Shown: piece after piece, positions 1-10,205 of the stretch
How the letters are laid out: every line of letters starts with the position of its first letter
Position numbering within the stretch: position 1 is the first letter of the stretch
From: Candidatus Eiseniibacteriota bacterium
GTDB lineage: Bacteria > Eisenbacteria > RBG-16-71-46
NCBI GenBank assembly: GCA_044223005.1
Contig: JBGAML010000001.1
Location: 128,001 to 192,000 of the forward strand
Direction: 5' to 3'
Length of the DNA: 64,000 bases
Notes under the pieces: model-generated
Told to the model about the DNA's origin: nothing
Seen by the model: only the letters and a program-made list of their open reading frames with translations
Databases searched by the model: none
Position numbers and translations under genes: made by a program

Positions 1-129
1 CGAAACGCCCCCCGCACGCGATCCGGCGACCGACATGCGTTTCGACCGCTCCAATCGCGGCCCGAACCTTGCGTGCGATTTCGACCGCGCCAGACGGGGC
101 CCAAACGCACCCCCCATGCAGATTCCCCT

Positions 130-158
130 TTGAATCCGCGGCCATCCGCTGCTATACC
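130..158 (+). promoter_or_regulatory. putative sigma70 promoter of hup (TTGAAT-17-TATACC)
   Basis: -35 and -10 like hexamers with 17-bp spacing upstream of the HU gene. Confidence 0.45.
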
Positions 159-232
159 CACGTCCGGCGACGGCGCACGACTCGCGCCCGCTCGAGATGG
201 ATGTCCATCTATTCACAGGAGGAAGGATCCCC

Positions 233-514
233 ATGGCCAAGATGATGACGAAGACCCAGGTCGCCGGGCACATCGCGACGAAGTTCGAGATCAGCAAGAA
301 GGCCAGCACGCAGATCCTCGAAGAGCTCGCGACCCTCGCGGCCAAGCAGGCGAAGAACGGCTTCGTGTTCCCGGGCGTCGGCAAGCTCGTCGTCGTGAAC
401 CGCAAGGCCCGCATCGGCCGCAACCCGCAGACGGGCGAGTCGATCAAGATCCCGGCCAAGCGCGTGCTGAAGTTCCGCATCGCGAAGGCGATGAAGGACG
501 CCGTCCTCAAGTAG
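233..514 (+). CDS. hup: HU family DNA-binding protein
   Basis: MAKMMTKTQV...FPGVGKL...RKARIGRNPQTGESIKIPAKRVLKF HU/IHF signature; AGGAGG SD before ATG 233. Confidence 0.95.
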   Translation: MAKMMTKTQVAGHIATKFEISKKASTQILEELATLAAKQAKNGFVFPGVGKLVVVNRKARIGRNPQTGESIKIPAKRVLKFRIAKAMKDAVLK

Positions 515-545
515 ACGGTACGCGGCTTCGCGCCGCTCGCGTCCG

Positions 546-570
546 GGCCCCGGTGCCATGCACTGGGGCC
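546..570 (+). terminator. hairpin or terminator after hup
   Basis: GGCCCCGGTGC-cat-GCACTGGGGCC followed by TTCGCGTTT. Confidence 0.55.
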
Positions 571-657
571 TTCGCGTTTCCCCCGGAATCCGCGCCCGGA
601 GAGCCCGTTCAGCGCACCGCCGAACCTGCCGATGACACGGAAGACTCGGAGGTTGGC

Positions 658-1926
658 ATGCCCGTGGACGTCACCCTGCTCGAACGCCTGCCGGATCCGG
701 TACTGCTCGTGCAGGCGAACGGCGACACCCTGTACGCGAACCGCGCGTGGCACGAACTCGCGGCCCGGCATTCGGCCGAGCCGCGTCTCGCTGCGCTGTT
801 CGGTCCGCCCGCGCAGGTGCTGCTCGCCGAAGCGAAGCGCGCCGGTCGCGCGAGCGCGTTCCTGCCGCTCGCGATCGCGTCGCAGCGTGCGCAGGGCTAT
901 CGCGTGACGGTGCGCGGAGACGCCGAGGACGGCACGTTCGCGGTGCAGCTCGCCGACCTCAGCGAAGAAGTCGCCTGGCGCCACCAGCTGTTCCTGCGGA
1001 ACAGCGAACTCACCGTGCTCAACGACATCGGCACCGCGCTCTCGGGAACGATCGAGTTCGACGCGCTCGCGCAGCGGATCTGGGAACAGACTGGGCGCAT
1101 CATGGACAACTCGAACTTCTTCATCGCGATCCACGATCGCGATCGCAGCGAAGTGCGCTTCCCGGTCTGGATCGAGGACGGGCGCGTGATCGCGACCGGC
1201 GACGCGCGGCCGTTCGGCAACGGGCTCGCCGAGTACGTGCTCATGAGCCGGCAGCCGCTGCTCCTCAACGGCGACGTGGCCGCCCAGCTCGAGCAGATGG
1301 GCATCGCGCGCCCCGAGAGGTCGTGCCTGTCGTTCCTCGGCGTGCCGATCCTCTCCGAGGGTGAAGCCATGGGCGTGCTCGCGCTGCTCGACTACGCACA
1401 GCCCAACCGCTACGGCCGCCACGAGCTCGGGATCCTCAACATCGTCGCGACGCAGGCCGCGTCCGCGATCCGTACCGCGTGGATGTTCGAGGCCATGCGC
1501 GCCGCGTACGACGAGCTGGCCTCGACGCAGGCGCGGCTGCTCGAATCCGAACGGCTCCGCGGCGTGACCGAGACGGTCGGCGCCCTGAACCACGAAGTGA
1601 ACAACCCGCTGGCCACGATCGTGGGCACCGCGCAGCTGCTGCTGCGCGGCAAGAGCGTCGAACCCGAGACGCGCACCAAGCTCGAGCGCATGCTCGAAGC
1701 CGCCAAGCGGATCCAGTTCGTGACCAGCAAGATGGCCACGCTGATCCAGGCGAACTCGCGCGCCTACCCCGGCCAGACGCAGATCCTCGACCTGCGCCGT
1801 TCGATCGCGCGCGAGGAAGGCGGCGACGACCCGGTCGAGCGGCTGCGTTCGCTGCTCGCCGGTCCCGGCGGCGTCGGCGACGCCGGCGCCACGCGCACGC
1901 CGCCCGCGAACCCGCCCGCCGCCTGA
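658..1926 (+). CDS. PAS-like + GAF + HisKA (DHp) protein lacking an HATPase domain
   Basis: GGAGG SD then ATG 658; GAF (SFLGVPILSEGEAMGVL); H-box LNHEVNNPL; no N/G1/F/G2 boxes follow. Confidence 0.85.
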   Translation: MPVDVTLLERLPDPVLLVQANGDTLYANRAWHELAARHSAEPRLAALFGPPAQVLLAEAKRAGRASAFLPLAIASQRAQGYRVTVRGDAEDGTFAVQLADLSEEVAWRHQLFLRNSELTVLNDIGTALSGTIEFDALAQRIWEQTGRIMDNSNFFIAIHDRDRSEVRFPVWIEDGRVIATGDARPFGNGLAEYVLMSRQPLLLNGDVAAQLEQMGIARPERSCLSFLGVPILSEGEAMGVLALLDYAQPNRYGRHELGILNIVATQAASAIRTAWMFEAMRAAYDELASTQARLLESERLRGVTETVGALNHEVNNPLATIVGTAQLLLRGKSVEPETRTKLERMLEAAKRIQFVTSKMATLIQANSRAYPGQTQILDLRRSIAREEGGDDPVERLRSLLAGPGGVGDAGATRTPPANPPAA

Positions 1927-1987
1927 CCCGCGGACCGCGTCCGGCCGTCGTGGACGCGGGCGGCCCGCTCTGGCAGTGTCCCGGCCC

Positions 1988-2916
<929 letters not shown>

Positions 2917-2920
<4 letters not shown>

Positions 2921-3627
2921 ACCCGGCGCTCGTGTTCCCGCTGCTGCGCCAGCGGCTCGGCAGCCCGTTCCGCGTCGTGCTGCTGCTCATGCTGTCGCTG
3001 CCGCCGCTCGCCGTGGTGGCGTTCACGCGCGCGCTCGCGCCCGTGCACGGCAGCGCACTCGGTCTCGCGCTCGTGTTCGCCGCGGGCGCGATCGGCCAGG
3101 ACGTCTCCTCCGGCGTGCTGCACCTGACCTTCGCGCGCCCGGTCACGCGTCCCGCGTACGTGCTCGGCCGCTGGGCCGCGGCCGCGGGCGCGGCGACCGC
3201 GCTGTCGTGGACGCTGCTCGTGCTCGCCACCGCGATCGCTGCGGCGCGCGGCGCGGCCCCCGGCGTGGGCGAGATCGCCGGGGTCGCGCTCGAGAGCGCG
3301 CTGGTCGCGAGTGCCGCCGTGGCGGTCATGCTCGCCTTCTCGTCGCTCGCCAACGGACTCGGCGATCTCGCGCTCTATGCGATGTGCTTCTTCTCGCTGC
3401 AGGTGCTGGGGATGGTCGCGTCGTCGCGCAACTGGGCGGTCGCGCTCCGCGTCGTGGAGGAGCTGCAGCACACGCTCTCGCCCGAACCGGCGATCCTGTC
3501 GTGGTTCGTGGCCCACGGCCCGGTGCCGTGGTCGGGCCTGCTGGGCGCGCTCGCCACGACCGCGCTCGGGCTCGGCGTCGCGATCGCGGTCGTCAATCGC
3601 AAGGAGCTCTCGTATGCCGCCGGCTGA
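2917..3627 (+). CDS. ABC-2 type transporter permease
   Basis: GTGA overlap with the ATPase; multiple hydrophobic segments; GQDVSSGVLHLTFARPVTR motif. Confidence 0.85.
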
Positions 3628-4162
3628 CGGCCGTCCCGGCGACACGCGTCGCGATCCCCGGCTGCTGCTGGCCGCGGGCGCGATCCTGCTCGTGCTGCGG
3701 CTCGTGGCGGGCGCGTGGGAATCCGGGCGACCGATGACGACGGCCGAGGACCGCGTGCGCTGGCGCGAGCCCGGGGACGCGAATCGCGAGGCGGTGCTCA
3801 CGGGCAAGCCCGTGCTCTACACGTTCGGCGCCGCGTGGTGCGGGCCGTGCCAGGTGCTGCGCCACGACGTGTTCGCCGACGCGAAGCGGGCGGCGAAGCT
3901 CGAGGAGTACGTGGTCCCGGTTCACCTCGAGGACCGCCAGCGCGAGGAGGGCCGCAACGCGCCCGCGGTGGATTCGCTCGAGCGCGCGTTCGCGGTCGAC
4001 GCGTTCCCGACGCTCGTCGTGTGGTCGCCCGCGACCGGCCGCCACGAAGTGACGCGCGGCTACGGTGGCGACGCCCGCGCGCTCCTGGACTGGATCGCAC
4101 GCTCTTCCTACCGGGTGCGCATGCCCTCGGGCGCCGCACCCCCGGCCCTGTCGCATCCCTGA
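3614..4162 (+). CDS. membrane-anchored thioredoxin family protein
   Basis: WCGPC active site, FPT cis-Pro motif, N-terminal hydrophobic segment. Confidence 0.85.
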   Translation: MPPADGRPGDTRRDPRLLLAAGAILLVLRLVAGAWESGRPMTTAEDRVRWREPGDANREAVLTGKPVLYTFGAAWCGPCQVLRHDVFADAKRAAKLEEYVVPVHLEDRQREEGRNAPAVDSLERAFAVDAFPTLVVWSPATGRHEVTRGYGGDARALLDWIARSSYRVRMPSGAAPPALSHP

Positions 4163-4207
4163 GCCGCGGGGCGTCCCGGCGGCCCGCTTCCCCCACGTGG
4201 AGGTGTC

Positions 4208-4564
4208 ATGTACGTCTGGGTCCTGCTGATCGGCCTCTGCGCCGGCGTCCTGTCGGGCATGTTCGGCATCGGCGGCGGCATCGTGATCGTGCCGGCGCTC
4301 GTGCTGCTCTTGAAGTATTCGCCCCAGAAGGCCACCGGGACCTCGCTCGGCGCCCTCCTGCTGCCGGTCGGGTTCCTCGGCGCGATCCAGTACTGGAAGC
4401 GCGGCGACGTGGACGCGCGCTCGGCGGCGCTGCTCGCGCTCGGGCTCTTCCTCGGCGCGTTCGCGGGCGCGCGGATCGGGCTCTCGCTCTCGCCGCAGGT
4501 CATGCGGCGCGCGTTCGCCGTGTTCCTCGTGGTGATCGCGACGCAGCTCTGGTTCCGCCGCTGA
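4208..4564 (+). CDS. TSUP (TauE/SafE) family small membrane transporter
   Basis: GVLSGMFGIGGGIVIVPAL...A.GTSL motif; GGAGG SD. Confidence 0.88.
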   Translation: MYVWVLLIGLCAGVLSGMFGIGGGIVIVPALVLLLKYSPQKATGTSLGALLLPVGFLGAIQYWKRGDVDARSAALLALGLFLGAFAGARIGLSLSPQVMRRAFAVFLVVIATQLWFRR

Positions 4565-4574
4565 CGGCGGAACG

Positions 4575-5432
4575 TCAGCGCGCGAGCGCGGCGATCGCCT
4601 GCGGGCGCATGCCGCGCTCGAACCGGCGCACCAGGTCGGCGAGTTCGCCGGGCCGGTCGAGCATGACGAAGTGCCCGGTCCCGGCGATGCGCGCGGGCAC
4701 CAGCAGCCGGATCCGCCCGTAGCCGAGCGTGTCCGCGCACGCGCGCCAGTCCTCGCCGGCCGGCCACGAGCGTTCGGACAGCACCGCGAGTGCGGGCACC
4801 GTGAGGTCGGACATGCGCGGTGAGAGGTCCGCCGTGACCGCGATGCGGATCCACGCCTTCATCGTCGTGGAGTCCACCCGCTCGGCGTCACGGAACAGCG
4901 CCTCGCCCTGCAGGGAGTCGCGGCCGAAGCCGAGGTAGCTCTCGTGCAACGTGCCGCGATAGTCGCGGTCGAGCGCCGCGAGCAGCTGCTCGCGCGTCGC
5001 CGCATCGACCTGCGGCCGCAGCGCCGTCTCGACCAGCACCAGCGCGCGTACGCGCGCGGGGTCGTCGAGCGCCGCGGCCGCCGCGACGAGGCCGCCCACC
5101 GAGTGCCCGACGAGCACGACGGGCTGGCGGCACTGCTCGGCGATCGCGCGATCGAGTTCGTGCGCCGCGGCCTCGAGCGTGAACGGGCTCGGAGCCTCGG
5201 CGAGTCCGTGCCCGGCCAGCTCCACCAGCACGACGCGGTGATCGCGCGCGAGATCGCGCGCCATCGGCATCCAGTGCTCCGCGTCGGAACCGAGCCCGTG
5301 CACGAGCACGACTTCGGGCCCGTGGCCGAACGCGCCCAGGGCGGGCGTGCGGCGAGCGGGCATCGGCGCGCGCGAGAGCACGAATGCGAGCGCGAGCAGG
5401 ACCGTGACGGCGACGAGGAGGCGAGGGCGCAT
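4575..5432 (-). CDS. secreted or anchored alpha/beta hydrolase with intact triad motifs
   Basis: VHGLG oxyanion motif, GHSVGG nucleophile elbow, GTGHF catalytic His, N-terminal signal. Confidence 0.9.
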   Translation of the reverse strand: MRPRLLVAVTVLLALAFVLSRAPMPARRTPALGAFGHGPEVVLVHGLGSDAEHWMPMARDLARDHRVVLVELAGHGLAEAPSPFTLEAAAHELDRAIAEQCRQPVVLVGHSVGGLVAAAAALDDPARVRALVLVETALRPQVDAATREQLLAALDRDYRGTLHESYLGFGRDSLQGEALFRDAERVDSTTMKAWIRIAVTADLSPRMSDLTVPALAVLSERSWPAGEDWRACADTLGYGRIRLLVPARIAGTGHFVMLDRPGELADLVRRFERGMRPQAIAALAR

Positions 5433-5596
5433 GGCGTGGGCGTCCGGCGGTACCGGACGCCATGGTCATCGGCACGTCGCGACCCCGGCTTGCGCCCGTT
5501 CGGGGCGCGCCGGCCGCGGCCGGCACGAGTGACGCCGCGCACGGCCCGGTGTACGCTTCGGGCGCTTTCGCGCCGCTCCCCCCGGAGAACCCCTCC

Positions 5597-8416
5597 ATGC
5601 CCGCGCCGCCCCTGCTGCGACGGCTCGTCCGCGGACTCGCCTGGTCGATCGCCATGAGCGTGGCCGCGTTCGTGACCTGGACGTGGCTCCGCCCCGAGCT
5701 GGTGCCACCGGTTTCGCCCGGCGTCGGCATCGCGCTCGCGGCGATGCTGGTGGAAGGGGCCACCATGCTGCCGTGGGTGTTCGCCGCGTTCGCGACGAGT
5801 GCGGCACTCGTGGGTGCGCCCGCCGCGGGCGCGACGGCGGCAGCCGTGATCGGGACGCTGCAGGTGGTCGCGGCCTGGACCGCGATCCGGCACGCGTTCC
5901 GGCTGCGCGGCGACCTCGCGAGCCTGCGCGAAGTCTCGCTCTTCTTCGTCGCCGCGCTCGTCGCGTCGCTGCTCGGCGCCACGCTCGGCGCCGCCGGGCT
6001 GCTGCGGTTCGCCTCGCCCGCCGAGGTGCCGCCCGTGCCCACGTGGCTCTACCTGTGGACGAGCCAGATGCTCGGCGTGCTGCTGTTCGTGCCGCCGCTC
6101 TACGCGACCTTCCGCGACACCGAGCGGCCGGGTTGGAACCGCGGCACGCTCGAGAGTCTCGCCAGCTCCACGCTCGCGCTGGCGCTCGCCGGCGCACTCT
6201 TCCTCGCGCCCGGCGTATCGATCAACGAAGGCCGGCTGCTGCCGCTCGCGGCGCTGCCACTGCTCGCGTGGGGCGCGCTGCGCGGCCCGCGCATGATCGC
6301 GCTCTGGGTGCCGGTGCCATTCGTGATGCTGGCCGTGGCGGGCTCGCAGCTGCACGTCGGCGTGTTTGAGAACGCCGTGTTCCCCGTCGGCATGCTGACG
6401 TTGCAGGGCATGGCGAGCGCGATCGCCGTGAGCACGCTCGCGATCACCTCGACCGAGCACAGCCGCCGCATGGCGCACCGCGCGACGCGGGCCCGCGAAG
6501 CCCAGCTCCGCCGGGTGCTCGAGAGCACCCGCGACGGCTTCTGGGAGTGGGACGGACGCGCGCAGCGGCTCGACGTGAGCGCGCGACTTTGCGAACTGCT
6601 CGGCGTCGCGCCCGGCGAGCTCTCGCGGTATCCGGACAGCTTTCTCGAGCGCGCGCACCCCGACGATTCCGGTGTCGCGCGCGCCATCGTGATCGAGCAC
6701 CTGCGAGGCAGCGGCGAGCCCTACCACGCCGAATATCGCGTGCGGCACGCCGACGGGCACTGCATCTGGGTGCTCGAACGCGCACGCGTCGCAGAGCGGG
6801 ACACCGACGGCCGTCCCCTGCGCGTGGCCGGGACGCTCACGGACATCAGCCGCCGCAAGCTCGCGGAGCGCGAGCTGCGTGCCGCGCGCGAGATGTTCGA
6901 GAGCTTCATGCGGCACAGTCCCGCGCTCGCCGCGATCCGCGACGCGCAGGGCCGCGTGCTGTTCATGAACGACACCATGGTGCGCTCGGTGTGGGGCGAT
7001 CATCCGCCCGAGTGGCACGGCCGGCACGTGCGTGACCTCTTCCCGCCGCCGGTCGCCGAGATCATCCTCGCCACGGACCGGCGCGTGTTCGAGTCCGGGC
7101 AGTCGGTGGTCGAGGAGCGCCAGCTCTACGCCCCGCGCGAGCCCATGACCGGCATCGTGATGAAGTTCCCGCTGCGCGGCCCCGACGGCGAGCCACTGGT
7201 GGGCGGCGTCGCGGTGGACGTCACCGCGCAGCGCCAGGCCGAAGCCAACCAGCGCGCCTTCGAGGCACGGCTCGACGAGGAACAGCGGCTCGAGAGCCTC
7301 GGCCGCATGGCAGGCGGCGTCGCGCACGACTTCAACAACATCCTCACCGGCATCCTCGGCTGGACCGACCTCGCGCGCGAACAGCTGCCGCCCGGCGACG
7401 ACACGCAGCCCTACCTCACCTCGATCCGCCAGGGCGCGCAGCGCGCGAGCGCGCTCACGCGCCAGATGCTCGCGTGCTCGGGCCGCACCCGCACCGAGGT
7501 GCGGCCGGTGGCGCTGGACGAGCTCGTGCGCGAGATGCAGCCGCTGCTCGAGGTCTCGATCCCGCGGCACGTGAAGCTGGAGGTGCTCGTGCCGGAGGCG
7601 CTGCCGCCGGTGATGGCGGACGAATCGCAGCTGCGCCCGGTGGTGACGAACCTCGTGCTCAACGCCGCCGAAGCCTCGGGAGGCTCGGGCGGCACCGTCA
7701 CGGTCCGGCTCACGTCGCGACGCTTCGCCGGCGACGACCTCGCGTCGCGCTGGAGCGCCGAGCTGCCCCCCGCGGGGCCGTACGTCTCGCTCGAGGTCAC
7801 GGACCACGGATGCGGCATGGGCGAAGAGACGCTCGCGCACGTGTTCGATCCGTTCTTCACGACCAAGTTCCCCGGCCGCGGCCTCGGCCTGCCCGCCGCG
7901 CTCGGGATCGTGCGCGCGCACGGCGGTGTGATGCAGGTCGAGAGCACGCTCGCGCTCGGTTCGACGTTCCGCGTGCTGCTGCCCGCCTGCGCCTCCGACG
8001 CGGCACCCGAGCCGCCGGCCCACACGGGCACGTGGCGCGCCGAGGGCGTGGTGCTGGTCGTGGACGACGAACCCGGCGTGCGCGACATGGCCGGCATGCT
8101 GCTGCGGCGGATCGGCTTCGACGAAGTGCTCGTCGCCGCGACGGGCGCCGAAGGCATCGAGTGCTTCCGCGCGAACGCCGGCCGGATCCGCGTCGTGCTG
8201 CTCGACCTGCACCTGCCCGACGTCCACGGCGTGCGCGTGCTGGCCGCGATGCGCGACGTGCGAGCCGACGTGTGCGTGCTCGTCTCGACCGGCGACGCCG
8301 CACCTGAATGGCCGCGAACGCATGGCGAGCCACCCGCGGGGTTCGTGCCCAAACCCTACCGGCTCTCGGACCTCGCGCGCGCCGTGCGCGACGCGCTGGC
8401 CACCGCGCCCGCCTGA
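5597..8416 (+). CDS. hybrid sensor histidine kinase (MASE1-like membrane domain, 2 PAS, HisKA, HATPase, REC)
   Basis: AHDFNNIL H-box, NLVLNAAEA, DHGCGM, FFTTKFPGRGLGL, C-terminal VLVVDDE...LLDLHLP...KPY receiver; start codon approximate. Confidence 0.92.
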   Translation: MPAPPLLRRLVRGLAWSIAMSVAAFVTWTWLRPELVPPVSPGVGIALAAMLVEGATMLPWVFAAFATSAALVGAPAAGATAAAVIGTLQVVAAWTAIRHAFRLRGDLASLREVSLFFVAALVASLLGATLGAAGLLRFASPAEVPPVPTWLYLWTSQMLGVLLFVPPLYATFRDTERPGWNRGTLESLASSTLALALAGALFLAPGVSINEGRLLPLAALPLLAWGALRGPRMIALWVPVPFVMLAVAGSQLHVGVFENAVFPVGMLTLQGMASAIAVSTLAITSTEHSRRMAHRATRAREAQLRRVLESTRDGFWEWDGRAQRLDVSARLCELLGVAPGELSRYPDSFLERAHPDDSGVARAIVIEHLRGSGEPYHAEYRVRHADGHCIWVLERARVAERDTDGRPLRVAGTLTDISRRKLAERELRAAREMFESFMRHSPALAAIRDAQGRVLFMNDTMVRSVWGDHPPEWHGRHVRDLFPPPVAEIILATDRRVFESGQSVVEERQLYAPREPMTGIVMKFPLRGPDGEPLVGGVAVDVTAQRQAEANQRAFEARLDEEQRLESLGRMAGGVAHDFNNILTGILGWTDLAREQLPPGDDTQPYLTSIRQGAQRASALTRQMLACSGRTRTEVRPVALDELVREMQPLLEVSIPRHVKLEVLVPEALPPVMADESQLRPVVTNLVLNAAEASGGSGGTVTVRLTSRRFAGDDLASRWSAELPPAGPYVSLEVTDHGCGMGEETLAHVFDPFFTTKFPGRGLGLPAALGIVRAHGGVMQVESTLALGSTFRVLLPACASDAAPEPPAHTGTWRAEGVVLVVDDEPGVRDMAGMLLRRIGFDEVLVAATGAEGIECFRANAGRIRVVLLDLHLPDVHGVRVLAAMRDVRADVCVLVSTGDAAPEWPRTHGEPPAGFVPKPYRLSDLARAVRDALATAPA

Positions 8417-8471
8417 AACGTCCGCGGCGCGCCCCCGAAGGAGGCGCGCCGCATCGCGGACCCGCGCGAAG

Positions 8472-9317
8472 CTACTTGCGTCGCGGCGTCGCGAAGCTCT
8501 GCGTGGCGAAACCCGCGACCATCGTCGCGAGCGTGTCGGGCTGCTCCTTCATCACGAGCATGCCCGCGTTGGCGATCCGCCGCGGCGCGACCGCCGTCGT
8601 GTCGTCGTAGCCGAACGCCTTGAGCGTGGCGCCCGCGCTCGCGCCTTCCTTCCACTGCCGCTCGGTGAACACGGCGGCGAGCGGCACCTTGAGACCCTTG
8701 ACGTCGTTGTTGCTGTCGGCGCCGAAGATCTGCCGGAAGTACGCCTTCACCGTCGCCGGCGGCACGGCCGCCATGAGCGCGTAGAGCCGCACGTTCTCGA
8801 TCGAGTCACGCCCCATCTTGGAGAACGCCATCTGCGAGAACTGCTCGTAGTTCTCGTCCATGAACTTGATGATCTGGTCGCGCTGCTGGTCGGGAATCGG
8901 GAACGGCGACTTGAGCCGCGTGTCGATCAGGAACACGCCCCGCACGTGCTCGGGATGCGCCGCCGCCGCGCCCAGCGCGAGCATGCCGCCGAGGCCGCTG
9001 CCCACGACGATCGTGCTCTCGGCCTTCTGCGTCGCGAGCAGCGCGTCGAGCGACAGCGACGCCGCCTGCAGCGAGAACGGATCCGGCAGCGGGCTCGAGC
9101 CCTGCCCCGGGATCTCGACCATCACGCAGTGGTAGCGGTCGCGGAGCTTCTTCACGGTCGGCAGCCAGTCGGTGCGCGTACCGCCGAGGCCGGGCACGAA
9201 CACGATCGTCGGACCAGTGCCCATCTCCAGCGTCTGCAGGTTCGGTCCGTCGGCATGCACGAGCGCGGCCGTCGTGGCGACGACCAGCGCACTGATCCAC
9301 AAGGCTCTGAGTTTCAC
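8472..9317 (-). CDS. secreted alpha/beta hydrolase-fold protein, probably catalytically inactive
   Basis: Signal peptide; paralogous to 4575-5432 but GSGLGG replaces GHSxGG and NAGML replaces xGHF. Confidence 0.85.
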   Translation of the reverse strand: MKLRALWISALVVATTAALVHADGPNLQTLEMGTGPTIVFVPGLGGTRTDWLPTVKKLRDRYHCVMVEIPGQGSSPLPDPFSLQAASLSLDALLATQKAESTIVVGSGLGGMLALGAAAAHPEHVRGVFLIDTRLKSPFPIPDQQRDQIIKFMDENYEQFSQMAFSKMGRDSIENVRLYALMAAVPPATVKAYFRQIFGADSNNDVKGLKVPLAAVFTERQWKEGASAGATLKAFGYDDTTAVAPRRIANAGMLVMKEQPDTLATMVAGFATQSFATPRRK

Positions 9318-9440
9318 GGGGGTCCCTCTCCCTGGACGTTCGCGTGGGGCTTCCGCGGCTCTTCTTACACCCGGGTCCGCGGGCGCGCCACCGCGCGAGG
9401 GCGAACGCAGCACCCGCCGGGTATCGACGCGATTTCGGAC

Positions 9441-9470
9441 TTGCGTCACTGCACATTTGTGCAGTAATGT
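9441..9470 (+). promoter_or_regulatory. promoter TTGCGT-18-TAATGT containing palindromic operator ACTGCACATTTGTGCAGT (copy 1)
   Basis: Palindrome at 9448-9465; the 18-mer 9449-9466 recurs exactly at 12576-12593. Confidence 0.8.
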
Positions 9471-9547
9471 GCCGTGCACCGGCGGAGCCCGCCGCGCCGC
9501 GCCGGCGCGGGACGGCCGCCGGGAAACCCCGCTGGACGAACGGCCCC

Positions 9548-9802
9548 ATGCGAAGCGAAGCGATCGACGAAGCGGTGGCGGTCCGGGCCGATTTCAGCGG
9601 CGGCACGGTCACGCCCGTGGCGTTCCGGCGCCGCGGGCGCGAGCACCGCGTGAAGCGCGTCAACACGCGGTGGGTGGATCGCGCCGGGCGGCACCCGTGC
9701 TTCTACTTCTCCGTCACCGACGAGAGCGGCGACGTCTACCAGCTGCAGCTGCAGTCGGGCGACCTCGTGTGGTGGCTCGACACGGTGACCATGGAGGCCT
9801 GA
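9548..9802 (+). CDS. small ImuB-C-like (DUF6504-like) protein
   Basis: 84 aa; P-V-A-F-R-R-R-G-R-E-H-R-V...W...Y-F-S-V-T-D-E-S-G-D-V-Y-Q-L...W-W-L pattern resembles the C-terminal domain of ImuB; typical GC-rich codon usage; family assignment from recall. Confidence 0.7.
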   Translation: MRSEAIDEAVAVRADFSGGTVTPVAFRRRGREHRVKRVNTRWVDRAGRHPCFYFSVTDESGDVYQLQLQSGDLVWWLDTVTMEA

Positions 9803-9808
9803 CGCGAC

Positions 9809-10032
9809 TCGCCCGGGCGCGGCGCCAGGTCGGCCGCAGGACGCGGACGGCCTTCGGGCACGAACGGATGGCACCCGTAGACCCGCGACGAGGCGCCGTG
9901 GCCGGGCGAAGGCGGTGGAATGCAGTGACGTAAGGAAGCAAGCGGCCGACGCGCCGCTCGAGGCAGTACCGGGCGCGCTCGTGTCCGGCACCGGCAATCG
10001 CGGGGATGGTCGGTCCGGCACGGCGCGCCCGG
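9809..10032 (+). other. structured non-coding element (candidate RNA)
   Basis: Stem 9809-9826/9892-9909, internal cUUCGg hairpin, pairing 9829-9837/9942-9950, long hairpin 9969-10032. Confidence 0.4.
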
Positions 10033-10205
10033 GGAACGTGACGGAACGCGGGGCGCCTCGTGCCCCGTGATTCGTCGCGCATCGCGGAACCGCGCGGCCG
10101 TGCGGGCCATGGCACGCGCCGCGCGGCTGCGATCGCCCGTGCGCCCCGCGCGGCGAGACCCTAGACTGGGCGTCCCCTGCGTTCGCCCCCGCACCGGAGA
10201 CCGAC

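Noticed and set aside
73..657. N-terminal extension of the 617-aa ORF overlapping hup
   Set aside because: Out-of-frame read-through over the HU gene; the true start is ATG 658 with an SD.
4859..8323. 1154-aa minus-strand ORF (and similar long ORFs such as 54169-58155 and 31846-34836)
   Set aside because: Antisense shadows of real genes in a GC-rich genome; Arg/Ala-rich with no family motifs.
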